Position numbers and translations under genes: made by a program
Notes under the pieces: generated by a model
What the model saw: the letters and a program-made list of their open reading frames with translations, nothing else
Databases searched by the model: none
Told to the model about the DNA's origin: nothing
Shown: positions 13,813 through 27,092 of the stretch, piece by piece
Layout of the letters: each line of letters begins with the position of its first letter
How positions within the stretch are numbered: position 1 is the first letter of the stretch
NCBI RefSeq assembly: GCF_964204645.1
Contig: NC_134032.1
Coordinates: 16,232,275-16,296,274, forward strand
Source: Tubulanus polymorphus
Lineage: Eukaryota > Animalia > Nemertea
Direction of reading: 5' to 3'
DNA: 64,000 bases

Positions 13813-15364
13813 CTGACAGCAAAATTTTCCCGAAGTTCTACCAGTAACTATATGCGGTACCAGTAACGTGCACTTTAAGCGGTACCAGTAACGTGCGCGA
13901 CCCCCAAAGTGCAAATAATAGAAAACTGCAATATGGACTTTTACAACTCTACAAATAGTAATCATATTCCTTCCATTTGTTCATTGTCAACAAGTCTCTA
14001 ATTCTATTTATTTCACAGTTTACTTTGCAATGGGATCCGAACAATACCGAACAATACCGAAAACCACCGAACAACCACTTGTACTAGATTGCCCGGATGT
14101 AATTTCAGATGGCATTCAGAGTTTGGGGTATGAACGGCCGACTGGACGACGGTCCAGGCTCGAGCCGGCACGTGACACCGCCGCCGATACCGGGGGGCTA
14201 ACTGATCACGTGTCAATCGAATAAACACGAAATTCAAATAAATACAAATAACGGACTCGATTGTTAAACATGTTTAATTATCGATCGCGCGGGCACTTGT
14301 TGCTGTCGCAGACGATCAAGTTTGAGAACTCCAATTGAGATTTTCAAGCAAACGGGATATCTCTCTAATTATCATGATAATAAAATCATCAAATGAGAAG
14401 GAAAATAAACAAGTCCGAAATGTTTTCTTTAAGCGCAATATTTTTCTCGACGTTTCGACTATGAGAATTTCCGAATATAATATAACGGCTATTTTCGATA
14501 AAATCGAAACGTCGAATAAAACATTGAACTGATTATTTTCATTCCTAGTTTACAGCAGGGTTGGTATATCATCTTAACAACTACACGGACCTTGTTACTA
14601 CCCTTCTTTAGTCGGTTTCAAAGTGTTTCACTAAAGGCTGTTTCTTAGTAATTTAAATTTCCATATCCAATAAAGAAGTTCCTAGCTACCCTCCTACGGT
14701 CGGTTTCAAATATTCGGGTGGCATCGACAATAAATCACCATTGAATCATTGACAATAATAATAATAATACTGATAACAATAAACATTATCATTACGCGTT
14801 TTCGTCGGCCGAAATTTGAAACAGCCCTAGCAACTCAACAATGCCTACCGTTATTAACTCTATTCGGCATTGTTGACCATTGTGGAAGCGATGACCGATC
14901 GGGTGCGGCGTAGCAGACGATTATTACCCGATACAGGTATAATTATGCAGATTGTGGGGACGGGGTTGAGCAGTTTCACTGCGTTTAAAATCAAATTTAA
15001 TTATGTAATAAATTATGCATTATTTCTTCTCTGCGAGTCGCTTAGTGATTAAAACCGTTATGATTGTTGTCGATGTTCGGGACGCGTTACTCGGCTGAAG
15101 TGGTTTCAATACGACAGTGGATTATCACATTATGTAATCTATCATCGATATGGGATTAAAAATAAAACTGAATCCAAGGATTAGTAATGGGAGTTGATGA
15201 ACCGGTATTGGCGTTAATCTGTTAGCGTAAAATAAATAACTGTTTAATTACAAAAAGCAGATCATTTTGAAGATGATTCTGTAAGTAGGGCTGTTCAAAT
15301 AATGATGGCTTTATGTAGAGTTCTGGAGAATTAAAAATAAACAAACTACGAGAGAATATCCAAA

Positions 15365-15507
15365 CAGGGGGCGCAGTAGTTGCTGAAAAAAGTTAGTTAC
15401 AGTTAACTTTAGTGGATAGTTGACATAGTGACAATTTAAATTACGTTGTTACTATGGTATTTATCCGTCAGATATTGTTAACCAGCAATTGTCAGCAACT
15501 GCAGCCC
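15365..15507. mobile_element. MITE (family A)
   Basis: Imperfect TIRs ggg..gcagt..ttgctg / cagcaactgcagccc; internal gttgttactatggtatttatccgtc is identical to the copy at 36271-36390. Confidence 0.7.
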
Positions 15508-17626
15508 ATATTGCTAAAAGTGATGTTACAATATTCATATGATATATAAATTTTGTGATACTGAAAGACGATAGTTTTATTTACTGAAGGACAATTACTG
15601 AGTAAAAATGACAATTCTATATTGACCGTTGACTGCACCCGGACTATGAAATTGGCTCTCTCTCTCTCGCGGGCGCGGACAAACGGGGGAAACTTGGGTC
15701 TTATCTTTTCTTCAAGATTCTAACAACAATAATGAGAAAGGATATAATTTCCACTTTAAAACATTATCTACACACAAAATTACAGCAATTAATCCGCGTC
15801 GGGTTTTCGAGGGTTAGAACTAGTGCTGAGGGGAACCACATTGGCAATTATACACAATTCGAGATTATATTCATTTAAAACAGTATATTGCCTAAAGTTT
15901 AGTTCGGACCTCGCTTTGATGTCGGCGCCCCTATTCACGCCCTGGTTAGATAGAGACCGTCTGCTAGATGCCCAAACCGGTCCAATCTGTCCGATAGTTC
16001 CTCAGCGCCTAGAAATCCTAACCGTCGGCAAATATGTTACATAACTAATAAACCTAAATTGGGTGGACTTAAATATGGTTGATTTACGCCAGACAATGGA
16101 TTTAGATGGGTATCTGCGCCGGAGTATAAGTGGGTAGTATTTGGGCTGCTTGAGGTAATTAAGTGGTCAGCCACTAAACAATAGATAATCGATACCGGAG
16201 TCAAGCAGTTTGACATTATTGGTAATTACTACGCGCAGTCCTCAGTTACGGGAAAATAACCGTTATTTTCGAAATTATGTACAACACGCGGTCAACGGCA
16301 TAATGTGAATAACAGAAGAAACAATATTGTTAGAGTTTGTTATTTCAGAGAAAAATCTAATTCTTAAAGATATGGAAAAAGTATTTTCAAAATGGATTTG
16401 CGACCTGGAGACTTAGGCGCTGACTAATATCTATTCCAACTTTACTTGAGAACTTTTTGGATATCCTTCAATAAAGTGATGAATGGATTAAAAATCAATG
16501 TTTTATGTCCACTGCCAGTCCTTTCTGGTCCTAATAAGACTTCTACCAGGAATTTACCACCAAAACTGACTGAGTTAGGGCACCTGATGTGCTCTCAAGT
16601 CGAGTTGACTCGCGGTCTAATGTGTCTGACTACAACATTTCATCATAACATTGACTTTATTATTTTTCGCGCATTTCATATGAGTTTCTTTTTATCCGTG
16701 GATCATCAAAATATTCAGCAAAATTGCTGCATAATAAACATAAAATTCTACTGCGAAATGTACAGCATGTACACGTGACCCGCCGAATGTACAGCAACTT
16801 GGCCCAAACTGTACTAGAAAATGTACATCAAATTGTATAGAAAAATTCCAGCAAAATCCATAATAAAACGCAATAATCAAACGTTTATAAAATTCGCGTA
16901 ACGAAATTTATATTTTAAATGTCATTAAAATTTGATTAAAATTCTAATCTTAAATTTCCAGGCATATTGTAGTAACACGGGTGATCGACCATTCCAGCAC
17001 TGAGGTCCATCTCCCCCCCCCCATCATCTCTCTATCTCACCGACAATTAAAACTAAAACCTATTCGAATTTAACGACAAAACGCTCACCGAAGCGTTTAG
17101 AATTATCCCGAACGATTTGAAACGGTTTAACAATAGCTCTTCGAGATCGCATTTATCAAATGCAATATGTATAATGTTTGTCCGGTATGAAACTCCTGGA
17201 GCGGTTAGAAATAGCCGATCAGATGGTCGTAAACCAATCCGAGCGTAGTCCATGGGCTTGAGTCCATCTCGCGGGCAGGTGTATCTATAGTCAGACCGTC
17301 CAGGACGCCCCAGGGCCCCCGCCAAGACGAGCATAATATCTACTCTCCGCCCATAGCTGCAGCAAACAATCGATATAATAGCAGTTTTCATATTTCACGT
17401 GAAGCAACAGTTTACGTTACAACTCTTAGTCTCCGAGCATTGAGCATTATTACATTTCGATTTTAAAATCATTTTAAAACCAATTCAACAAAGGCAGAAA
17501 CTTCGGGTAGATACAACGGCGTCACGTGGTCGGATACCTCGTGATCGATACGTCAATATTTCGATTGTTGGATTTTTTTTCTGATATTCTGAATTGACGT
17601 AATACAGACAGGATGAAAATAATCTA

Positions 17627-17774
17627 CTGGGGCCAGTATTGTTCACTCATGGCTTAAGTCCAAAAGAGTGGTCTTAAATCTTAAGACTGGTCTTAAGTTG
17701 TCAGATTGGCTATGGAACTAAGTTGGTCTTAGACTGGTCTTAAGTCTAAGCCATGACAATGCAACCGGCCCCAG
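17627..17774. mobile_element. MITE (family B)
   Basis: TIR ctggggccagt / accggccccag; internal cttaagactggtcttaag repeats; homologous copies at 45812-46015, 33712-34012 and ~9015-9130. Confidence 0.8.
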
Positions 17775-18297
17775 TATAGACTTGCCCCGCGGGCCGGCCT
17801 GACTGGCTGGCTGGCTGGCGGCCTGCACCGCGGTGGAGCGGCTGGTGAATTATTCAAAAGGCTCGTTGTTGTGGTCACCAATCTAACAAACGCGACATCA
17901 CAATAAAAAATTTCCGAATCGGTCGTCGTGGAAAACGGCTTTCATTGTTGCGTCATGCGAGAATCTCGAACAGGTGTCTTGCGCGTGCGCGTCACATGAC
18001 CGAACGTACGCGACAACACACGTCATTATAACCGCCGTTGGGAGAGAGGGCGCCGGGGGACAGGGGGAACTCGAACAGCACCTTATGGTGGTAATTTTAT
18101 TCCGAGCTCATTCTGAACGCGCTGCAGGTAAAAACCGCTACTGGTTTCCCAGAGTCTACTAGGGTAATAACGAGCCAGTAATTGAGCGACATCTGACCTT
18201 CCTGTCCCGCAGCTATTATCAGTCGTTCTCATCACTTTATTCTTCTGTTTCCATTGTCTTGAAAGGTTTCTTATGAAATTAGGTTTTCTTTCAAACC

Positions 18298-18470
18298 GAA
18301 ATGTTAACGTTGATCTAACGTTGATCTACTACTCTCTTCTGATCCGTGATTTTCGAAAGTTAACGTTGATCAACTTAACGTTGATCTACTACTCTCTACT
18401 GAGCCGTGATTGTCGAAATGTAAACGTTGATCTAACGTTGATCTACTCTCTACAGATCCGTGATTGTTGG
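18298..18470. repeat. ~55-bp tandem repeat x3
   Basis: cgaaatgttaacgttgatctaacgttgatctactactctc..ctgatccgtgatt. Confidence 0.85.
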
Positions 18471-19147
18471 ATGACGTGCTAGAAAACGATGATGTTGAAG
18501 AAACATTTTATTATTTTTTGTATGTCAATAGTTCGTGACGTCATAATGGGTTCTACACGAACGCATCAATTTTTCTCTGAGAGGTCTAAAATTACTTGTC
18601 CCCTCTCATATCGAATCCTGCTTTCGGGATTCGAAATTTTCTCTTACTACTTTTTTACAAATATTTTTTCGTTCTTTCTTACGGGTCTGGACGCATTTCA
18701 CCTCCACACCACCCACCCCCACACACCCCCACCCGCCCCCACCCCACCCCTCACAGGGGGAGGATCGTCCTCCAACTCTACCAACCTGGTTCACACCCAC
18801 GTTTTTGGTCTCACGATGAAATTTAATTTCAGGGCAAAGATGAAATCTTACGAATCGAGGACTCACTTCAGTAATCAGCTATTACGAGACGAACGTGAAT
18901 TGAGAGCTCACTTCAATCTACTCGGCACGGTACTCAGACTCGTGGCGGTCACGTTTCTCAGCCTCGTGGCGACCGCTTCTCGAGTATCAATAAAAAAACG
19001 AAACGCGATGAAAGTTAATTAAAATATCACCGGACTCGGTGACAAAAATTCGAGTGATTTTATCATCACTCAATTAAATGACAGACGTAACGACAGGACT
19101 CCTCGGAAACAGGAGCAAATAGGAGTTCAGTTCCTCCTTCTTAACCG

Positions 19148-19415
19148 TACCGGAGCCATACTCTCCTAGAAACCTACCGGAGCCACTCTCCTAGAACCCT
19201 ACCGGAGCCATACTCTCCTAGAATCCAACCGGAGTCAGACTCTCCTAGGACCCAACCGGGGCCAGATCCTCCCACGTAGAAGCCAACCGGAGCCAGACTC
19301 TCCTAGGACCCAACCGGGGCCAGATCCTCCCACGTAGAACCCTACCGGAGCCACTCTCCTAGAACCCTACCGGAGCCACTCTCATAGAAGCCAAATCCTC
19401 CCTCGTAGAACCCTA
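19148..19415. repeat. Degenerate ~27-bp minisatellite
   Basis: accggagcca(t/g)actctcctagaaccc variants. Confidence 0.85.
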
Positions 19416-20439
19416 GCCTGTTCTTTCTAGCGAATTATACTTTCAATTCCTGCTGATAGAATTAATTTGTGTAATTGTTTCCTTGGTTTCGAACTAATTA
19501 TCGATGTATTGTTGAAAAATTGATCGATGTTAATTGTTGCCGTTGCGTGACGACAGTGATAGAGAAATTCACGCGTTCGTTTCAAATAAATCAATAACAT
19601 AGTCTCTCTCGTGTTGTCGCGTAGAAACACCAACGGAAATCACTGTCAATTTATAATTATACACACACACACATCTATTTATTTAAATATTCGACTGATC
19701 AAGTATTAGGAGAGTGTCACTAGTACTCGATCTAGAATCTCTCTCGAGTCGACTCACACCTGCAGCAGGCGACAACAATATCATCAGCGTTCTGTGACGC
19801 GTGCGTCAGGTCCATAGCAACCCGTGTCGGGATGTAAATTTATGCGATGTTAATTCGTTGTTGGAGGCGTCTTGAGCTTAATTAGTCGGTGAACTGTTCG
19901 GCTGTTTGGTGAAGATCTACTGCGATTGTAGAATAATTCTTCTTTCTGTCCCGATGTTAAAGTGACTGAGGACACGCGGGCACGTGTTCCAGTAAAACAC
20001 GTGCCCGGTCACGTGGCTTACTGATCCGCAAACGACGCTGCAACTTTACTAACGGCGTCCATTGTAGCTGAAAATGTCTTTCGTCGGTTTTATTTACTCG
20101 ATGAATCGACGGTTAATCCCGGGTTTAATAGTTATTCTCTCGACGAGGAATCTGTGAGGGGTTTAATAGATCGCCTTGTTTAACTCGACATATTTCCGCG
20201 TTTTGTATTATATTTTGAGAGACAACAGAGTGAGTTATTCCTGATACCGCGGGCAACTATAGAAACAACGTCGACGTCTCGCATTTTTTCACGATTGTTA
20301 CGTTGTCTTTATTCTCCTCGTCACCCTCCTCCTCTCCTCATCCCTCAGGTACTCTGTATACCCGAGTTCAATAGACTGTGGTTTTATTACAAATTCGAGT
20401 TCAGAAGGTCGACACTTGTATTGCACAAACTTATACTGT

Positions 20440-20583
20440 GTGCAAGGTCTGAGATCTAGGGGCCTGTAGGTGCAAGGTCTGAGATCTAGGGGCCTGTAGG
20501 TGCAAGGTCTGAGATCTAGGGGCCTGTAGGTGCAAGGTCTGAGATCTAGGGGCCTGTAGGTGCAAGGTCTGAGATCTAGGGGT
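20440..20583. repeat. 30-bp minisatellite, ~5 copies
   Basis: gtgcaaggtctgagatctaggggcctgtag. Confidence 0.95.
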
Positions 20584-21313
20584 ATTTAGGGTCAAAGTTA
20601 ACCCATCAAAGTTTCAATTCAAAGTTAACTCTAACTCACAACTCTGGGATTCTGAATCCAGGTGTTTAAGTGTATGAGTCTTGGATTTAGATGTGCGGGG
20701 TCCAATGTCTGTGGAGTCATGTGTCTAGATGATACACAAGCACAAAACCACAAACCTAAAGCCGTTTGGGGTCGATCAAAACCGTTTTGATGTCAATCCG
20801 ATAGATTAAGTGGTTGACGGCCAGGCTGGTGCGTGCGCGCACCGGTCAGACAGGTGCTCGATAATACAGGACGGTGGAGCGGACACGCGTGACAGACGAC
20901 TCAATACGGTGTGCAGTCAGTTAGCACACCGTGTGCGTCACGTGTCTGTCGTCTTAACTTAACAACTTCATAAGATATAAGACAATCAATATCCGATAAT
21001 AGTTTATCAATTATAAGTTATTTTAATTCCTGGATTTTTTTAGAAAGTATCACAGTTTCCCTCAGAACTCCCCCCTCACCCTCCACCCCTCTCCCCTTAC
21101 ACCCGCCAGCGGGAGTCAACCTCAGGTATTACCGACTCATATTATCTGCCTATTTAATAGGATTACTGACTGATTAATGTTGTCCACCAGGTGCAACATG
21201 TATGTAATTCTACTCGAGGTTTAACACACAAAACCCGGGTATAATTTCCATTATTCGAAGCGTTTTTTATTGGGTAACAATAAAATTGTTTTACCACGAT
21301 TGTTGATGAGGAA

Positions 21314-21620
<307 letters not shown>

Positions 21621-21869
21621 GTATTTTGCATTTGTGAAGAATCCATGCGCACGGTTACCGGCCGCGACCGTGCTCTCAGAACAGACCAGGGTCGCTGCCT
21701 CTTACAATAGCACAGACATTGTTTCACGTTCAATAAATACATCGCGCTCTGAGAAAGAGATAATTTCATATCAAAACCCGATTTTAGTAGTTCATGAGTC
21801 ACGTGGTCCTAGGTTCATTCATCCGTCACGATATCGATTCATTGTACACAATTTATAAAACCTGACTAA

Positions 21870-22080
21870 ATAAACTGAAGTCAAATCTTCCAGCCTCAAT
21901 TTCTATTTCTAATTCAGTTTACTGTCATCATTTGGATAAGTCGTCACATTACTGAAGTCATCTCTATTTTTGAGTCTCAATTTGTATTTCTAATCCAATT
22001 CACTAAGTGTAAGTCATCATTTGGATAAAAGTCGTCATAATACTGAAGTCATCTCTATTTTTGAGTTTCACTACAAAGTC
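21870..22080. repeat. Interspersed repeat family C
   Basis: tcatcatttggataagtcgtcacattactgaagtcatctctatttttgagtctcaattt; copies at 32455-32615 (reverse) and 44385-44485. Confidence 0.8.
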
Positions 22081-22574
22081 TTCCTACATTTAGTCTATCT
22101 AAACTTTGTTTAACTTGATTACGGTTTAAAAGGTGTTTTTTTTAAATAATTGTTACCCCGTGTAACAACGACGCACTATTGTTGGGATTATTGGCCTCGC
22201 GTACGGCCAACACATGCCACAGGCGACAACCGTATCGTCTGCAAACTACTCCAGAATTATCGATTTTTATAATACCCTCTCGCTATTGGTTGCTCGTTAA
22301 AATCTAATTCCCGTATCTTTAGTTTCACCTGTTTGAGCTGGTAACTGGTGATGCGCCCTGTGGACACAATAGGGCACCTGACCGTGCCCTTTGGACACAA
22401 TGGGGCACCTCACCCTTTAACACATGACATTTGGACGACTCTTGGAATCTTGGATGAAATGTTTTTTCCTGGTGCCCGCTCCTAAACCTGTAGAATCTTA
22501 ATACACATGAAACAAACTGAGGGTTAGGCCCTTGTCCTGGGGCCAATTCCAGGTGTCCAGTCCCCGCTGCTGTA

Positions 22575-22800
22575 AAGTGTGAACCGGCGACCAGTCCCCG
22601 CTTCTGTAAAGTGTCAACCGGTGACCAGTCCACGCTGGTGAACCGGTGTGAACTGGTGACCAGTCCACGCTAATGCAAGGTGTGAACCGGTGACCAGTCC
22701 GCGCTGGTGAACCGGTGTGAACCAGTCCACGTGTACGGCGGCGCAGTATAATGATTGATGACCACTAGTAGAGACAGGTCGGTCTGCTGTCCAGGCGCCG

Positions 22801-22831
<31 letters not shown>

Positions 22832-22842
22832 CTGCTGCTGCT
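22575..22842. repeat. Degenerate gtgaaccggtgaccagtcc repeat and a (CTG)n tract
   Basis: Direct reading. Confidence 0.85.
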
Positions 22843-23039
22843 ATCACTATATCTAATTATACGCATGCGTAACGTTATTACGTATCGTTAATTGTGTAAT
22901 AACCTTAATGAAATTTTGAAACAGTTGCGACCAGTTGTGTTACATCCTCGGGCTATACAGCGAGAGCCTGGTCAGTGTCTACTGGTCACACGAACCAGCT
23001 CTGCCTAATAAAATCCATCCAGATATCATACAAAGTCCT

Positions 23040-23413
23040 CTACAGCCCGGGGCCTGGCATCTCAACAGGCCCGGAGCCTGGTATCTCTACAGGCCCGGGG
23101 CCTGGTATCTCTACAGGCCCGGGGCCTGGTATCTCTACAGGCCCGGGGCCTGGTATCTCTACAGGCCCGGAGCCTGGTATCTCTACAGCCCGGGGCCTGG
23201 TATCTCTACAGGCCCGGAGCCTGGTATCTCTACAGGCCAGGAGCCTGGTATCTCTACAGGCCCGGAGCCTGGTATCTCTACAGGCCCGGAGCCTGGTATC
23301 TCAACAGGCCCGGGGCCTGGCATCTCTACAGGCCAGGAGCCTGGTATCTCAACAGGCCAGGAGCCTGGTATCTCTACAGGCCCGGAGCCTGGTATCTCTA
23401 CAGGCCCGGAGCC
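23040..23413. repeat. 24-bp minisatellite, ~15 copies
   Basis: Unit tctacaggcccgg(a/g)gcctggtatc. Confidence 0.95.
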
Positions 23414-24458
23414 AATGTGTCGTATATCTTGTGTCGCAAGGTAGTGTGTCTTATATCTAATATGGCCAAACTCTATATCGTATATTGTCGTGGCATCTTA
23501 TAACCGATGTGACAGTCTTATATCTGAAGGCTGACGTTCGAATTTGAGTCTTTTTTAACCAAACATGAAGTAAATACAAATTTACCAGCTTTGTGACGGC
23601 ACGTAGGTTTTAATCTCTATACAGGTAAAAATGGCGGCCCTTTGAGTCCGTGGACGGCTTTACAATGGCTGATCTAGGATTTTCTGAAGGGGCGCAAGCA
23701 TTTGCGAATGTCCTGTGACTCTCTTACAGGGAATTTAGGACATCAAACTGGGCTTTTATTGCCCTTAACAGGACTTATTTGAATTTAGTCTTTTTAAAAC
23801 TATCTTTGGTGCATTCTCCATTCCTCCCCCTCCCCTCTCCCCCTCCCTCTCCCCTCCCCACTATATTTCCCTATCGCCTACAGATTCTACAACTCGCACC
23901 TGCGTGAAAGGTTACCCTATATACAACCTATAGAATAAGACCGGGTTTTTTTACCAGCACGTGTCCATTTTATGCAATACCGATAAAAATACGCGGTGGT
24001 CGCGCGACCCACGTCCCGGATCAGAGTCGATTGTTGTTCCCGTCGCGTGGACGACCAACGTTCAACTCTACCTGGCCATTGTCTACCGCATTACGCATAG
24101 TTACGTCGTTACTATAGAATCGTACAATATGGTTTGTGAATCTCCCGATTCGACTGACAGGTCACGTGTCACACGGCAGATGTATCTCTCCCTCTCTGGA
24201 TAACTTACTGGACTTTAAACAGACTATGGCGCGTAGCTATTGTTTTCAGATTTTCCTTTGACAGTAGACAATTTCTAAAGGAACACATATAAAAAATCCT
24301 AGTCTCATTGTCTCATTTTTATATCACTGACTCTATAGGTTTCTAGTCTTTGTGTGAGAACTCGGTAAAACCAATAGGCTCCTTATAACCAGCTGCTGCT
24401 ACTGCTGCGAGGACAGGTACGGTTCAACCCGAGATCTCTAACTTATCCCTTAACCTCC

Positions 24459-24872
24459 TCCATAGCTGTCAGTGTTTAGAGGTTGACAGTTGGGTCCATA
24501 GCTGTCAGTGTTTAGAGGTTGACAGTTGGGTCCATAGCTGTCAGTGTTTAGAGGTTGACAGTTGGGTCCATAGCTGTCAGTGTTTAGGGGTTGACAGTTG
24601 GGTCCATAGCTGTCAGTGTTTAGAGGTTGACAGTTGGGTCCATAGCTGTCAGTGTTTAGGGGTTGACAGTTGGGTCCATAGCTGTCAGTGTTTAGAGGTT
24701 GACAGTTGGGTCCATAGCTGTCAGTGTTTAGGGGTTGACAGTTGGGTCCATAGCTGTCAGTGTTTAGAGGTTGACAGTTGGGTCCATAGCTGTCAGTGTT
24801 TAGAGGTTGACAGTTGGGTCCATAGCTGTCAGTGTTTAGGGGTTGACAGCTGGGTCCATAGCTGTCAGTGTT
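24459..24872. repeat. 36-bp minisatellite, ~11.5 copies
   Basis: Unit tccatagctgtcagtgtttag(a/g)ggttgacagttggg. Confidence 0.97.
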
Positions 24873-27092
24873 GAGGGGCTGAGAGATGAACCAAACCCTG
24901 GTTTGGAAGGGTATCCCGTGCTATCTACCCCTAGCCAAACCCTGGTTTGGAGAAAGGTTAAATATGGAGTGAGTGGATGTTCTGTACGCTTGGAGGAGGA
25001 GGGGGGTTGAGTGTTATGGAGTTGAGGGTGTACTGGTTGAGCCTGGTGAGCTGCCTATGACAATAAATGAAACTTAGAAGCCCCAGAACCACACGAGTTA
25101 TAGTTCCACTCAGAATACGTATAATTTTTTGTGTATGTGGCTTGTCGCGCGTGCGCAACAGTTGTTGACAGCGATTAAAATGTAAACATTCCACCATTGA
25201 TATGGATTAGGAGTCGCGCTAGATTTCCGACCGACGTTTCGAGTGGCCAGTTTGCGCTTTCAACCGACGCTAGCCGGATGTCGCGCACGCGCATTGAACG
25301 CCGTCGCCGAGTGCTCGGAAACTGGTAATTGTCGTCTGCGACTGGCATTCATCTCAGATCGGTTTCGTATCGGGCGAGGATAAACTACACAAACCGGCGA
25401 ACAATGGATCCAGCCTTGAGCACCGGCAAACAATTCAAATAACGACGCGCATTGTTGGGGCGCTGGGCAGCTTTTCTGCCCGGCAACCGTCGAGCATTTG
25501 ACGGCCACCGTGCGGGGTGTGGTCCCTATATATACAAGTCAAACGGTAGCGTTAGGTCCGAACGGCGGAAGTGTTTTTGACTATGACAATTAAACGTATG
25601 TTCTACCCTATATACGGCGGAAAGTGAAAGTTATTGACACTTTTATTGTATAGAACTGCGCACGCTCCCAGCACGCACTGTTTACACTTTAGACACAATA
25701 ACACGCAGACGATACCGTCGGATTCTTGATTATGATAGGCTGAAAAATCAAAAATTCAAAAACTCAATTCCCTATAGCGCGATACTTAACATTCTTACTA
25801 AGTTGCTCAAGAGGTTACTCCACGCCAAACGATTTCGAGGCTAATTTCACTTAAAGGTTCAGATGAAACGAATTTGAAAATCGTGCCCCACGATCCGCGC
25901 TCTTTGATGCAACGGATTTTTCAAACGCGCAACAGACACGACCGTTGTTGAATTATTTGAATCTCTTTTGAATTTCATACCGCAGAAAATCCAATTCAAT
26001 TATGATTTTACGTTACTCAAATAGCTTAAAAACATTTAGTTATTTCTTGAAATTTATTGGGAAGGGAATTTGAAGGTCGATGCGGCTGGGAGTTCAACAG
26101 AGTTCAGCAATGCTACAGAGCAATATTCACCAAATTATCATTTCTTTTTAGTTCCGCAAATGGAACGCACAAACTGTGTATAGAAGATAAATATATCGTC
26201 CTAGGTCCTGGTCTTCCCACTGAAATAAACGAACATATTTCTAGTCATGTTTGATGATTGATCTACCACTGCGAATGGAGCGGAGTGTCTATACGTGTCG
26301 TGATGGTAATTGTTGAACAATGGGAGCCGTTTGTGCTGCTATGCGCCCGGCAGCAGCCGAGAAAGCGAGGACAGAGCCTCCTCGTAAAACACGCACAATC
26401 CGTCAACTATTCATTGTCACCATTAAACTATTCATCTTTCATCGCAGTCGGTACAAGGTTTACCCATTCGGCCCCTACCCTATCCAGTCCGTAGTATAGT
26501 TTTTGTTTTAGAGAGGGTTAGCGACAGTCTTGGGGTCAAGAGGGTTAGCAACGGTATTTCATGCAACCGTAACTTTTTAAATGTCAACAATGAATTCTTG
26601 CTTGGCAAATTGACTTATATATTTGATTTGTGCATGTAGTTTGATAATGTCATTCAGGTGGATATATCGAAGCCTAGGCATCTTTCTCTTCTGCTTGGGT
26701 CCCACAGTGCGGCTTGGTGGATTGTATCTTTCAACAGAGCCGTTCAGAGTCCTGACGAGCGCGCACGCGGTGCACTGCGTTCCATCAATCAACGCCGAGC
26801 CGCGAGAAGGAAGCATCATTATGACGTAATAGATGACGTAAAACGACGCAAATCTATCAGGAATTTGGTGGAACATGGTTCTGGTGATGGTGGCCTGCAG
26901 CAGTAGCGCTGTGAACGGTCTGGTGATGGTGGCCTGCAGCAGCAGTGCTGTGCATCAGAACCCTTATCTATACGGGATGCTGACTGCATCTATAGTAAGA
27001 GTAGGTCAAGGATTGTGCAGGTCGTTGATGGAAAATATGACTCTAAACCAATATTTTAGCAACAATAAAGATTTAGGGTTTGGCTGAACCCG

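Noticed and set aside
13534-13965. Gly/Ala-, His/Gln- and Leu/Val-rich ORFs resembling silk or TM proteins
   Set aside because: Cryptic trinucleotide repeat readable in several frames.
18489-19022. 177-aa ORF
   Set aside because: No recognisable domain, low-complexity middle, no linked exons.
24459-24872. CRISPR-like 36-bp partly palindromic repeats (also considered for 58.4-61.4 kb)
   Set aside because: Units are contiguous with no unique spacers, there are no cas genes, and the context is eukaryotic.
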